From NCBI GenBank assembly GCA_030602265.1, contig JAUWAB010000012.1:5923-69922 (forward strand): 64,000 bases of DNA. Direction: 5' to 3'. Numbering within the stretch: position 1 is the first letter of the stretch; every line of letters begins with the position of its first letter. The notes below the pieces were generated by a model, which did not search any database, was not told the DNA's origin, and saw only the letters and a program-made list of their open reading frames with translations. Shown here piece by piece: positions 28,401 through 35,804 of this stretch. Both the position numbers and the translations under genes were made by a program. Source of the DNA: Prolixibacteraceae bacterium (lineage in GTDB: Bacteria > Bacteroidota > Bacteroidia > Bacteroidales > Prolixibacteraceae).

Positions 28401-29090
28401 CCTGTCAAATGCCAGTTGGGAGTTCGACAGCAATATCTCGCGTTTAAGCTGCAATGCTCTCCCGGCGGCAGCTATGGACGCCGGATTGTTTTCATAAATA
28501 CCTTTAAATCCCTGCCTGACAAGGCCCCTGAGTTCTTCAAGCTTAGGATTTATCTTCTCCGGAACAAAATCCGGAGCGGTTTTCATGTCATTCACTGCAG
28601 CCATAATGGATGCGAGATTCAACCACTCCAGCTGCACCCCCAGCTGTTGGATATGATGAGCCGTCAGAAGTAAATTCAGCAGTCCGGCAATTCTCTTCCC
28701 GCTATCGGTTTCAGATTTTACTTCCTTAATTCTTTGACTGAACCAGCCGGATGCCGGGAATCCCTTGCAAATTTCGGTCACCACGGCCTCTTCGAAAGAA
28801 CCATCCGCGGAAGAAAGAAACTTTTTCCAGCCTGAACCGATATACGGCATGGCTATACTCATTTCAGCAGGAAAATCGAGTTGCAGTTTTTTCATCGCCT
28901 GATCCAGCTCAGCTGATTCAGAAGTTATTGTGCCCTGCTTCAGCCCTGCATCGATTTTTTTCTTAGCTGACAATACCGCCTCGATCCACGATTGGGAGGA
29001 GGCGGATGGTTGTTTCGCCGATGTTTTCTTTATTGAAATAAAACTTAAGCTACAGAAAACGACAATAAGAAAAACTACAACTCTCTTCAT
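25482..29090 (-). CDS. Paralogue of 22142-25432: exported beta-propeller-like / 2x CxxCH / Cys-less FGE-like protein.
   Basis: The ATG at 29090 gives MKRVVVFLIVVFCSLSFISI (signal). The track start at 29129 is a TTG. It is collinear with its neighbour, for example FDQDANWHPVVMNNGRIMYVRWEYTDLTH versus FDQDSNWGPVVMNNGQILYQRWEYADLPH. Other motifs are VSCVGCHEDQN, RACIACHNG, and the C-terminus VARGGSWIDPPKTATSYFRKSY...VGFRIIIDE. Confidence 0.85.
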   Translation of the reverse strand: MKRVVVFLIVVFCSLSFISIKKTSAKQPSASSQSWIEAVLSAKKKIDAGLKQGTITSESAELDQAMKKLQLDFPAEMSIAMPYIGSGWKKFLSSADGSFEEAVVTEICKGFPASGWFSQRIKEVKSETDSGKRIAGLLNLLLTAHHIQQLGVQLEWLNLASIMAAVNDMKTAPDFVPEKINPKLEELRGLVRQGFKGIYENNPASIAAAGRALQLKREILLSNSQLAFDRILVGRYDMGATARVDNPSALGTQPNNWSNQLSARRTGFNAEIAEISNLQGDLQYRTIFKPANGSSVPDLKLHWDAERLMFSKVDDSKKWQVFEVGLNGEGLRKVIQTDEPDLEFVDACYLPNNKVIAVSNIGYQAVPCVNGSDAVGNMVLYNPEDGDLRRLTFDQDANWHPVVMNNGRIMYVRWEYTDLTHYFSRIVMHMNPDGTEQRSLYGSGSVFPTSIMDVQPIPNHPTRFVGIISGHHGVVRSGRLILFDPAMDRKEERGMVQEMPFSKRPIIPIVKDHMVDGVYPQFIKPYPINDKYFLVTAKLSPEGLWGLYLVDVFDNLTLIKEQEGEGFIHGIPIRKKPVPPVIPEKVNLTKKDATVFIQDIYEGEGLPGVPKGTVKSLRVFAYEYAYNRSVSDHLAQGIQSGWDIKRLLGEVPVEEDGSAMFTIPANTPISLQPLDSDGRAIQWMRSWLTGMPGEVVSCVGCHEDQNQIPRPVMAMASRKPARKLEMAKGGVRPFTFELEIQPILDRACIACHNGPLTRNYLGGRIDEKVPGNRRYSKSYLDLHPYIHRQGPEAGMKVLYPYEYHVSTSPLVQMLQRGHHGVELTSEEWKTLYTWIDLNAPYHGSFVAEPYNGFDQYSRRIELTNKYANGMGVDWRAEILAYAQYLNSQPKPEPVKPKVVTPKFERVRLKGFPFTEKTAKSMVPGGNTKKVVEMAPGIKLNFVRIPAGEFVMGSNTTPSDYSPEHVVRIDKAFWMSETEITNEQFRILFPGHDSRFHDQQWKDHVNEGYPANLPGQPVIRVSWNEAMEFCKKLSEKTGLPVNLPTERQWEWACRAGTNTPFWYGGFDTDFSAYENMSDSQMNKMAVTGVDPQPMATNNPWYAYFTWHPKDERFDDGNMLTVAPGFYKPNRWGLYDMHGNVSEWTRCDYLPYPTRETNQTGGGKKVARGGSWIDPPKTATSYFRKSYLPWQKVYNVGFRIIIDE

Positions 29091-29129
29091 TCCGACTGAT
29101 TGTTTATAACCACTCAAGATGGTTTTCAA

Positions 29130-30002
29130 TTAATTTTTCAATTCCTGAAATAATTCAAAAGCCTGATCGACAGAATAATTCTTGTGCACAACGGCACTAA
29201 CCGCCTGGATCATGGCCACCGGGTCGTCTGACTGGAAAACGTTGCGGCCCATGTCGACTCCGGCAGCGCCATCGTTAATAGCCATATAGCAAAGCTCGAG
29301 GGCCTCTTTCTCGGGGAGCTTTTTTCCGCCGGCGATAACAATGGGTACCGGACAGGCAGCCACTACATTTTCAAAACCCTCACAATAGTAAGTTTTTACA
29401 ATGTTGGCCCCATTTTCGGCACAAACCCTCGATGCCAGTCCGAAATAGCGGGCATCGCGGGCCATATCCTTACCCACGGCGGTAACCCCCATCACCGGAA
29501 TGCCATACTTTGCCCCCAGGTCGGCCAGTCTGAACAGGTTGGCCACCGTTTTGGCCTCCATTGCCGGATCGCCGATAGCCAGCATAATGGCCATGGCAGA
29601 AACGTTAAAGCGAATGGCATCTTCAATGTCAATTAAAACATTGTCGTTCAATTCGGTAAGAATGGTAGTTCCCGCGTCTGAACGAAGACAAATGGGTTTA
29701 TTGATATTCGCAGGTACAGAGGTTTGCAATATACCACGGGCACACATAAGGCAATCGGCATACTCCATCAGGGGAACAATGTTCAGGTCAATTCTTTCGA
29801 GACCCGAGGTGGGGCCCATAATAAAACCATGATCGAAGGCTAACATCACGGTTCTGGAGGTTTCCGGATTAAAAATGCGCGTCAGGCGGTCTTTCGCCCC
29901 CCAGGTCAGATTATCGGCGCCTTTTACATGGAACGACTGGTTTTTCACCGCCACACCGGTACCAAATTTTTTTCCTTCTCTGATATCATCTAAATCAGCC
30001 AT
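29130..30002 (-). CDS. LsrF/DhnA-type class I aldolase (3-hydroxy-5-phosphonooxypentane-2,4-dione thiolase-like).
   Basis: 290-aa ORF starting [13 protein letters not shown]. The motifs [43 protein letters not shown] and [17 protein letters not shown] closely follow my recollection of E. coli LsrF. Confidence 0.85.
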   Translation of the reverse strand: MADLDDIREGKKFGTGVAVKNQSFHVKGADNLTWGAKDRLTRIFNPETSRTVMLAFDHGFIMGPTSGLERIDLNIVPLMEYADCLMCARGILQTSVPANINKPICLRSDAGTTILTELNDNVLIDIEDAIRFNVSAMAIMLAIGDPAMEAKTVANLFRLADLGAKYGIPVMGVTAVGKDMARDARYFGLASRVCAENGANIVKTYYCEGFENVVAACPVPIVIAGGKKLPEKEALELCYMAINDGAAGVDMGRNVFQSDDPVAMIQAVSAVVHKNYSVDQAFELFQELKN

Positions 30003-30062
30003 AATGATTTCTTTATTGATTATTTGAAATTTTTAAGCATCACCGGGAATCCCGGAATATGA

Positions 30063-30683
30063 TTATCCGGCCAGCGCCTCGTGGAAAGCCGAGAACATGC
30101 ATGCCCACGACATGGCACCTGCATCAGCCGTGCCAATGGAACGATCACCATAATTGCGGGCACGCCCGAAATTGGCTTTCATCTCTTTGGTAGCCAAAGC
30201 CCCTTCCCGGGCAGCCTCTGCCGCCGCATTAAAAAGTTCGCATATGTCGTTGGATCCCCGGGCGGCCATGGCTTCAACAGCAGGAATAAGCGCATCCATC
30301 ATGGTTTTATCACCTTTGCCCGCTTTGGTCTGTTTTTGAATACCCTCCAGGCCTCCCCGGAACATCTTGACCACCTGCGGCCCATCCAGCTCACTGCCAT
30401 CCGCGTGATCGCTCATGCCCAGCAGGAAGGCACCAAACAAGGTGCTGGTTGATCCGCCGGTATGCATCATGACGTTGAATCCCATTTCACTGAGCAAGAC
30501 TTTGTACTCAGTAGCATTTCCGGCCATATCGACCGACGAAGTCAATGCCTGCACTATAGCAGTGCCATGGTCTCCATCTCCGGTAACCGCATCCAGTCGG
30601 GAAAATTCATCGGCCCTTTCGGTCACCCGGTCAAGAGCACATTTCCACATGGATATAAAATCCTGAACAGAAAGTTTCTGCAT
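30063..30683 (-). CDS. dhaL: Dihydroxyacetone kinase, ADP-binding subunit DhaL.
   Basis: 206-aa ORF. The motif LDAVTGDGDHGTAI (Asp triad for Mg-nucleotide) and an all-helical composition support the call. It is adjacent to a DhaK gene. Confidence 0.88.
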   Translation of the reverse strand: MQKLSVQDFISMWKCALDRVTERADEFSRLDAVTGDGDHGTAIVQALTSSVDMAGNATEYKVLLSEMGFNVMMHTGGSTSTLFGAFLLGMSDHADGSELDGPQVVKMFRGGLEGIQKQTKAGKGDKTMMDALIPAVEAMAARGSNDICELFNAAAEAAREGALATKEMKANFGRARNYGDRSIGTADAGAMSWACMFSAFHEALAG

Positions 30684-30718
30684 CTTAATATTGACTAAAT
30701 AAATGGTCAGATAAGCTC

Positions 30719-31732
30719 TTAAACGGTTGTCCAGTAAGGAGCATCTGCTTTCCGGTTCTTCAGTAATTCAACATGATCGTCATCCAGTTTTGCAAGTATC
30801 ATCTGGAAGCCTGCCATTTCCTGAACGGTCAGCAGCTCCCCGATTTTGGCGTGAACCACCTCTACTCCATCCTTTGCCAGAACCTGATGAGCCCTCCGGA
30901 AAATGATGCTCAGCTCCATCAATGTAGTTGACCCCACTCCGTTGACATAAAGCAATACCTTATCGCCAGTTTTCGGCTGAATCTTTTCGCAAAGCTGGCC
31001 AATCATGATTTCTGCGGTTTTATCGGCCGACTCTAACATTTGTCTTCCACCGCCGCCTTCGCCGTGCTGGCCCATACCAATCTCCATCTCCCCGACAGCG
31101 AGTTCCGAAATGGTAGCACCATTCTGCGGATGGGTGCATGATCCCATAGCTACTGCGAGGGTGGCCACCTGCTGGTTGAAACGCTCACCGATTTCATAAA
31201 TCTCGTCGAGACTTTTTCCCTCTTCGGCAGCAGCGCCGATAATTTTATAAAGCGGTATGCACCCAGCCAGTCCACGGCAGTCTTCCTCCGGGGTATCAAT
31301 TCCGGCACTGATATCGTCGTGCGTAAGAATCTTTTTTACCTTAATACCTGCCCTCTCAGCCAATTGCATGGCCATATTGGCACTCATGACATCGCCCGAA
31401 TGGTTGAGGACGACCAGCAAGATGCCCGCATCACGCCTGAACAGCTGTAAGGCCTGGAAGAGGCGCTGCGCACCGGGAGCAGCAAAAATATCGCCAACTA
31501 CAGAGCAGTCTAACATACCCTCGCCGACAAAACCGCTTAACGCAGGCTCGTGACCCGATCCGCCCAATGTAACAATCGCTACTTTCGACGGGTCTTTCGG
31601 CACGGCCCTTACCACAATATTTTCAGCTGCCAAAGCTACTTTATCACTGTAGGCCAACACATAGCCGTCCAATAATTCACGGGTGATATTTTCAGGTTCG
31701 TTGATAAACTTGGTCATTATTTTTGTATTCAT
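30719..31732 (-). CDS. dhaK: Dihydroxyacetone (ketose) kinase, substrate-binding subunit DhaK.
   Basis: 337-aa ORF with KFINEPENITRELLDG, TLGGSGHEPA and VLNHSGDVMS. The alternative ATG at 31717 may be the true start. Confidence 0.88.
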   Translation of the reverse strand: MNTKIMTKFINEPENITRELLDGYVLAYSDKVALAAENIVVRAVPKDPSKVAIVTLGGSGHEPALSGFVGEGMLDCSVVGDIFAAPGAQRLFQALQLFRRDAGILLVVLNHSGDVMSANMAMQLAERAGIKVKKILTHDDISAGIDTPEEDCRGLAGCIPLYKIIGAAAEEGKSLDEIYEIGERFNQQVATLAVAMGSCTHPQNGATISELAVGEMEIGMGQHGEGGGGRQMLESADKTAEIMIGQLCEKIQPKTGDKVLLYVNGVGSTTLMELSIIFRRAHQVLAKDGVEVVHAKIGELLTVQEMAGFQMILAKLDDDHVELLKNRKADAPYWTTV

Positions 31733-31755
31733 TTCCTTGGTTTTTTTTGATTATT

Positions 31756-32076
31756 CTACTCCTTATCGAAACACATCAGTTCTACCGGGATGCCTTCTTC
31801 CTCAATAAAGGCAATGGTAAGGTTTTCCCCTGCACGCATGGGTTCAACGATTACTTTGGTACCCTGCAAGGCCACCTCCATATCAGGCACTTCATAGGCA
31901 ATATGGGCTACCGTTTGCACAAGTTCCGGCATACACGATCCCTCTTCAAAGCGAAGAAATTCAATCTTGTTGGGACTTTTCGAATAATCGGTCAGGTGAA
32001 CTTTCAGGCCTTCGGCATAAAATTCATTTTCCTGTTCTGTTGTGGTTGGAATACCAAAATGGTTTACTTTTCTCAT
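31756..32076 (-). CDS. Small VOC/glyoxalase-fold protein (tentative).
   Basis: 106-aa ORF. The N-terminal VNHFGIPT and the later AHIAYEV...E pattern resemble metal ligands of single-domain VOC proteins. The motif support is weak. Confidence 0.5.
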   Translation of the reverse strand: MRKVNHFGIPTTTEQENEFYAEGLKVHLTDYSKSPNKIEFLRFEEGSCMPELVQTVAHIAYEVPDMEVALQGTKVIVEPMRAGENLTIAFIEEEGIPVELMCFDKE

Positions 32077-32116
32077 ATCAGTCGATTGTTAAATGGTTTT
32101 TTGTTAAAATCACTCT

Positions 32117-32806
32117 TTATTCAGATTTGGAAAGCACATCAATAAACTCCACATTCGGATTGGTAAAACGCAGGCCGTTGCCATCGTGGAAAGAGGCAAA
32201 TTCAGTGACAATCACGCCTTCGGGACCGGCAAACAAAAAGTGTGGGGACTCAATTTCGGCCAGATGGATGACTTCATCGACCATTTGCTTCTTAAAGTGA
32301 GAGACGGTGATATGATCCTTCTGACTTTCGGGCAGCTTCGGGCCGTTGGGCGTTGCTTCGCCAATGGAGTAATTATAGGTCCACCCGTGGCGGACCTGCC
32401 AGCTTTCGAATTTGGCCGGATACTCAGTTGCCACATGCCTGTGCTCCACAATCATTTGTCCGGGCAGCAAATAAATCTCGTGCCCGAAGTAGTTATGGAC
32501 AGGATCGTTCACCCAGAAAAGGCCGGCCATACCCACATTTTCAAAATCCCCCAGGTTAAAATCGGTAATCCAGAGATTCTCCTTTACAAAATCGGAATAC
32601 GGCACCCCGTAGTGATCAAGCATATCGAGATAGGCTTTAAGGGCGATTTCAGGATCCAGTTTACCATCTTTGTAAAAATCGGCATTGGTGTACTTCTTCT
32701 GGTAAGGTGCTTTTTCTTTCATAACCGGCTCATTTTTAACTTCAACGGAACATCCCATGATTGTTGCTGTCAATAAAAGGATGAATGTGTAATTGATTAA
32801 TCTCAT
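32117..32806 (-). CDS. Lipoprotein with a cupin domain resembling D-lyxose/D-mannose-family sugar isomerases.
   Basis: The ATG at 32806 gives MRLINYTFILLLTATIMGC (lipobox). The cupin core is PGQMIVEHRHVATEYPAKFESWQVRHG. The C-terminus GVIVTEFASFHDGNGLRFTNPNVEF resembles the EFS...D..F.DP ending I recall for YdaE-type lyxose isomerases. Confidence 0.55.
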   Translation of the reverse strand: MRLINYTFILLLTATIMGCSVEVKNEPVMKEKAPYQKKYTNADFYKDGKLDPEIALKAYLDMLDHYGVPYSDFVKENLWITDFNLGDFENVGMAGLFWVNDPVHNYFGHEIYLLPGQMIVEHRHVATEYPAKFESWQVRHGWTYNYSIGEATPNGPKLPESQKDHITVSHFKKQMVDEVIHLAEIESPHFLFAGPEGVIVTEFASFHDGNGLRFTNPNVEFIDVLSKSE

Positions 32807-32837
32807 AATGTTGATATTTTTTATGTTTGATTTTTTT

Positions 32838-33989
32838 TCAGTCAGACCAAAGCTTAACCCTTGCCATGCCCTCGATTTCAACCAGCAGTTCCTCCCTGCA
32901 TATATCCGCTTTCAGGTAAACGGCAGGCACTCCCGGATAGATCTCCTCAACAATTCTCTTGCATGGCTCAAAAAACGACACCTCTTTCAGATATATCCGG
33001 AGAGATGAAATTTCAGCTTTCGTAAATTTCTTAGCCCCTGAGCCGGCTAATGTTTCCAAAGAGATCAGATGTTCAATATTCTCCAGGGTAATCCTGGTCT
33101 GCTCTTCAATTCCCTGGTTGATATAGCTGGTTTCACCACGGATCGCTGCTGTACCCGACACATAAATGGTTCCTTCGCCTCCCCTCAAAATCATCTTCCC
33201 TCTTTCAAACTTGGGCGTCGTTACGCCACTGCACTTTTCATCATCCGGTGCTATAAGTACTGCTTTTGAATAGTCATGCGCAGGAACCTGCAGGGAATTG
33301 TTCAGGGCGACAATCCGGATGTCCGAACCGTTGGTGTAAACAGCGTCCAGGTCTACAATCACCCCGCCGTATTCTGTTCCTATCCCAGTTGCTGCCGGAA
33401 AGCCGTCATGCCATTCAGTATTCAGGTAAAACCGTGACCTTGCGTCGTTGAATTCCTGGTAATGCTGATGCTTTCCAGCTATCCGGGTAATTTTCTCAAT
33501 GTAATTCCATTGGCGTACGATAGACGATACGGGCATGCCCTCCAGTCTGAAAATTTCTTCCAACCCAGAGAATATCATTTCAGACTGTTTTTGGATGCAA
33601 TCCTCCTCTTCGTCACCCGAAGCACCACCAACAAAAAGGACTTTCACACCACCCGTCTGGACAATAATGTATGGAAGGTCATCTTTCTGTTTGTAGAAAA
33701 TCTGCGTTCCTATTTCCGTTTCCAGCTCGGTAACTTCCATGGCCAGCTGAAACCTTTCTACGGGAGGTTGCGCAACGTAAGTAAAGACAGGTGGCCTTCC
33801 TTCAAAATAGCTGCTCAGTTTCTGGCTGGCAAGCCTGCGTTGATCATGGAATTCCTGTCGGTTTTCCGGATTTCCGAAAAGGACCAGCCTGATGGTGTTA
33901 CCTTTTGGAGTGTAATGGGATAATAAATTATCCAATTGCTCCCCGAAAGTATTCCCCTGGCCAGTTTTATAATAAATATTAATCTGCAT
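32838..33989 (-). CDS. RidA/YjgF-fold protein, FkbO/Hyg5/XanB2 chorismatase-like (tentative).
   Basis: 383-aa ORF. The C-terminal IYVSGTAAIRGETSYINQGIEEQTRITLENIEHLI...SLRIYLK matches the YjgF-like signature of chorismatase-family enzymes as I remember it. Confidence 0.5.
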   Translation of the reverse strand: MQINIYYKTGQGNTFGEQLDNLLSHYTPKGNTIRLVLFGNPENRQEFHDQRRLASQKLSSYFEGRPPVFTYVAQPPVERFQLAMEVTELETEIGTQIFYKQKDDLPYIIVQTGGVKVLFVGGASGDEEEDCIQKQSEMIFSGLEEIFRLEGMPVSSIVRQWNYIEKITRIAGKHQHYQEFNDARSRFYLNTEWHDGFPAATGIGTEYGGVIVDLDAVYTNGSDIRIVALNNSLQVPAHDYSKAVLIAPDDEKCSGVTTPKFERGKMILRGGEGTIYVSGTAAIRGETSYINQGIEEQTRITLENIEHLISLETLAGSGAKKFTKAEISSLRIYLKEVSFFEPCKRIVEEIYPGVPAVYLKADICREELLVEIEGMARVKLWSD

Positions 33990-33996
33990 CAGTTAT

Positions 33997-35772
33997 CTAT
34001 AATGAATTTACGTATTCAACCAATTCTTTAATTTCTGTGTCCGACACCTCCTTGTTGATGCCATGCCGGTGAACGGCAAAAACATCCTCTAAAGTTGCAG
34101 CCCTGCCGTCGAAAAGGTAAGGTGCGGTACGCCACACTTCGACCAGTGACGGAGTATCCCAGCCATTCTCAAACTCAATGTCGTCGCCGATCCGGTGCAT
34201 CTGCATATCGGTAAAATAGGGTCCCGAATGGCAATACCCGCAATTCAGCCTTTCAAAAACCTTCTTTCCGCGTTCCGCCTTTTCCGACAAATTCCCATTG
34301 ACCAGAAACGGACTCGGAACCGGCCGCAAAGACATCAGGTATTCATCCACACATAGCGCAAGGTCTTCAGGAATTTCGGCAAACTGAATATGGGTAAATC
34401 CGCGTCTAACGGCTATTTCGGCTTTTTCACGAATGCCCGATATCATTGAAGGCGGCGTTACATGGCTGTACAACAAACTCTTGCAATTCTTCGGATTTCC
34501 AATGCCGTCGTTCATTAAATCCCAGTTCATGCCATCGGTGCGGGCATCGCCGGGATGGCAGCCATTACAGGATTGCCAGTTCTGAAAGCAGAAAGATGCG
34601 TCATTGAAGATTTTCTCCCCTTTATGGACCCTTGATTCGATTCTGTTCTCAACCATTGCTATGGTCTCAATCCGGTGATCCGCGAGATTTACGATGTTGA
34701 GCGTATCAGAAAAATAGGTGGGTATAATGGCGTTTTCACCCGAAATGACAAAATTCCGGGGACCATTTCCTACCAGTGGAACCCGTGTGCGGATACCGAA
34801 CATAAAGCCCAGATCGTAATCCAGGGAATGGGGATCGGGATGGTTTTGGAATTTTTCAAGAAATGCCGGATAGTCGATCACACTGATTTCATGTGTTCCT
34901 GAATGCGTGATCACAATTTTATCGGATGTGCAATTCACGCCCCAGATGCCTGCAGCCCCCCGTTCCGGTTCATCCAGCAGGACGGTACCCGCTTTTTCAA
35001 GGGTTTCAACGTCAATTATGCTCATGGCACTGGTATTCATCCAACCTTGCTGAAGCTGGTTGGTAGGCACCTGGAAACGGCCCAGGTTATGCGTAACAAA
35101 AACATACTTCCCGTCGGGACTCAAACACATGCCCCGCAAGGCATTACTCCCGTTGGAGAGCATAATATCTTTCACTTTGGTAAAGCCATCGAGTTCAATT
35201 ACCGAAACACAAGCGGCAACGGTATCTAGATCAGCGCGCCCAGAAGGAAGAAAATTGGCCACAAACAGATACTTGCCGTCAGCAACGGCACATCGGGGCT
35301 CCCGCAGAACTTCGGCGGATGCAACGATTTGCCTGCTTTTAAGGTCAATCCGGATGACCGTATTCAGAAACTGGTTCAGCACGAAAAGGGACTGGCCGTC
35401 AGGTGATACCACCGGTGACGTGGCTCCGGACCCAGCGGCCAGGACGGTTTCCACCTCACCGCTCTTCAGGTTCAGAAAATGAACCTTTCCGGAAGAGCCG
35501 AAGGTAGTAATGAATGCGAAATCACCAAGCGTGGCCAGGCCTGTCGGAGCCTCATCGAAAATCCAGACTTTAATGGGCTGACCGAAACCCTGTGCATAAA
35601 GAGCAACCGAATGGCTTCCCTTGTTCGCCATCAAAAATCCATAACCTGAAGCCACCTTGATATCTGCTGGAAATTCAGGCGCGGTCTTTATATCCGTCTG
35701 CTGATCAGAAAATCCGAAAACCAACACAAGAACAGCTATGGTAAAGAATCCGATTATTGCCTTGTAACTCAT
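33997..35772 (-). CDS. Beta-propeller (YVTN/lactonase-like) fused to a di-haem cytochrome c peroxidase/MauG-like domain.
   Basis: It has an N-terminal signal/anchor and repeated strand-rich units (GQSLFVLN, GKYLFVANF, GKYVFVTHN). The two haem sites are CNGCHPGDARTDGMNWDL and CGYCHSGPYFTD, with C-terminal WRTAPYLFDG typical of CCP/MauG. Confidence 0.8.
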   Translation of the reverse strand: MSYKAIIGFFTIAVLVLVFGFSDQQTDIKTAPEFPADIKVASGYGFLMANKGSHSVALYAQGFGQPIKVWIFDEAPTGLATLGDFAFITTFGSSGKVHFLNLKSGEVETVLAAGSGATSPVVSPDGQSLFVLNQFLNTVIRIDLKSRQIVASAEVLREPRCAVADGKYLFVANFLPSGRADLDTVAACVSVIELDGFTKVKDIMLSNGSNALRGMCLSPDGKYVFVTHNLGRFQVPTNQLQQGWMNTSAMSIIDVETLEKAGTVLLDEPERGAAGIWGVNCTSDKIVITHSGTHEISVIDYPAFLEKFQNHPDPHSLDYDLGFMFGIRTRVPLVGNGPRNFVISGENAIIPTYFSDTLNIVNLADHRIETIAMVENRIESRVHKGEKIFNDASFCFQNWQSCNGCHPGDARTDGMNWDLMNDGIGNPKNCKSLLYSHVTPPSMISGIREKAEIAVRRGFTHIQFAEIPEDLALCVDEYLMSLRPVPSPFLVNGNLSEKAERGKKVFERLNCGYCHSGPYFTDMQMHRIGDDIEFENGWDTPSLVEVWRTAPYLFDGRAATLEDVFAVHRHGINKEVSDTEIKELVEYVNSL

Positions 35773-35804
35773 AAAATCATTGTTTTAGATTTGATTCGAA
35801 CGCA

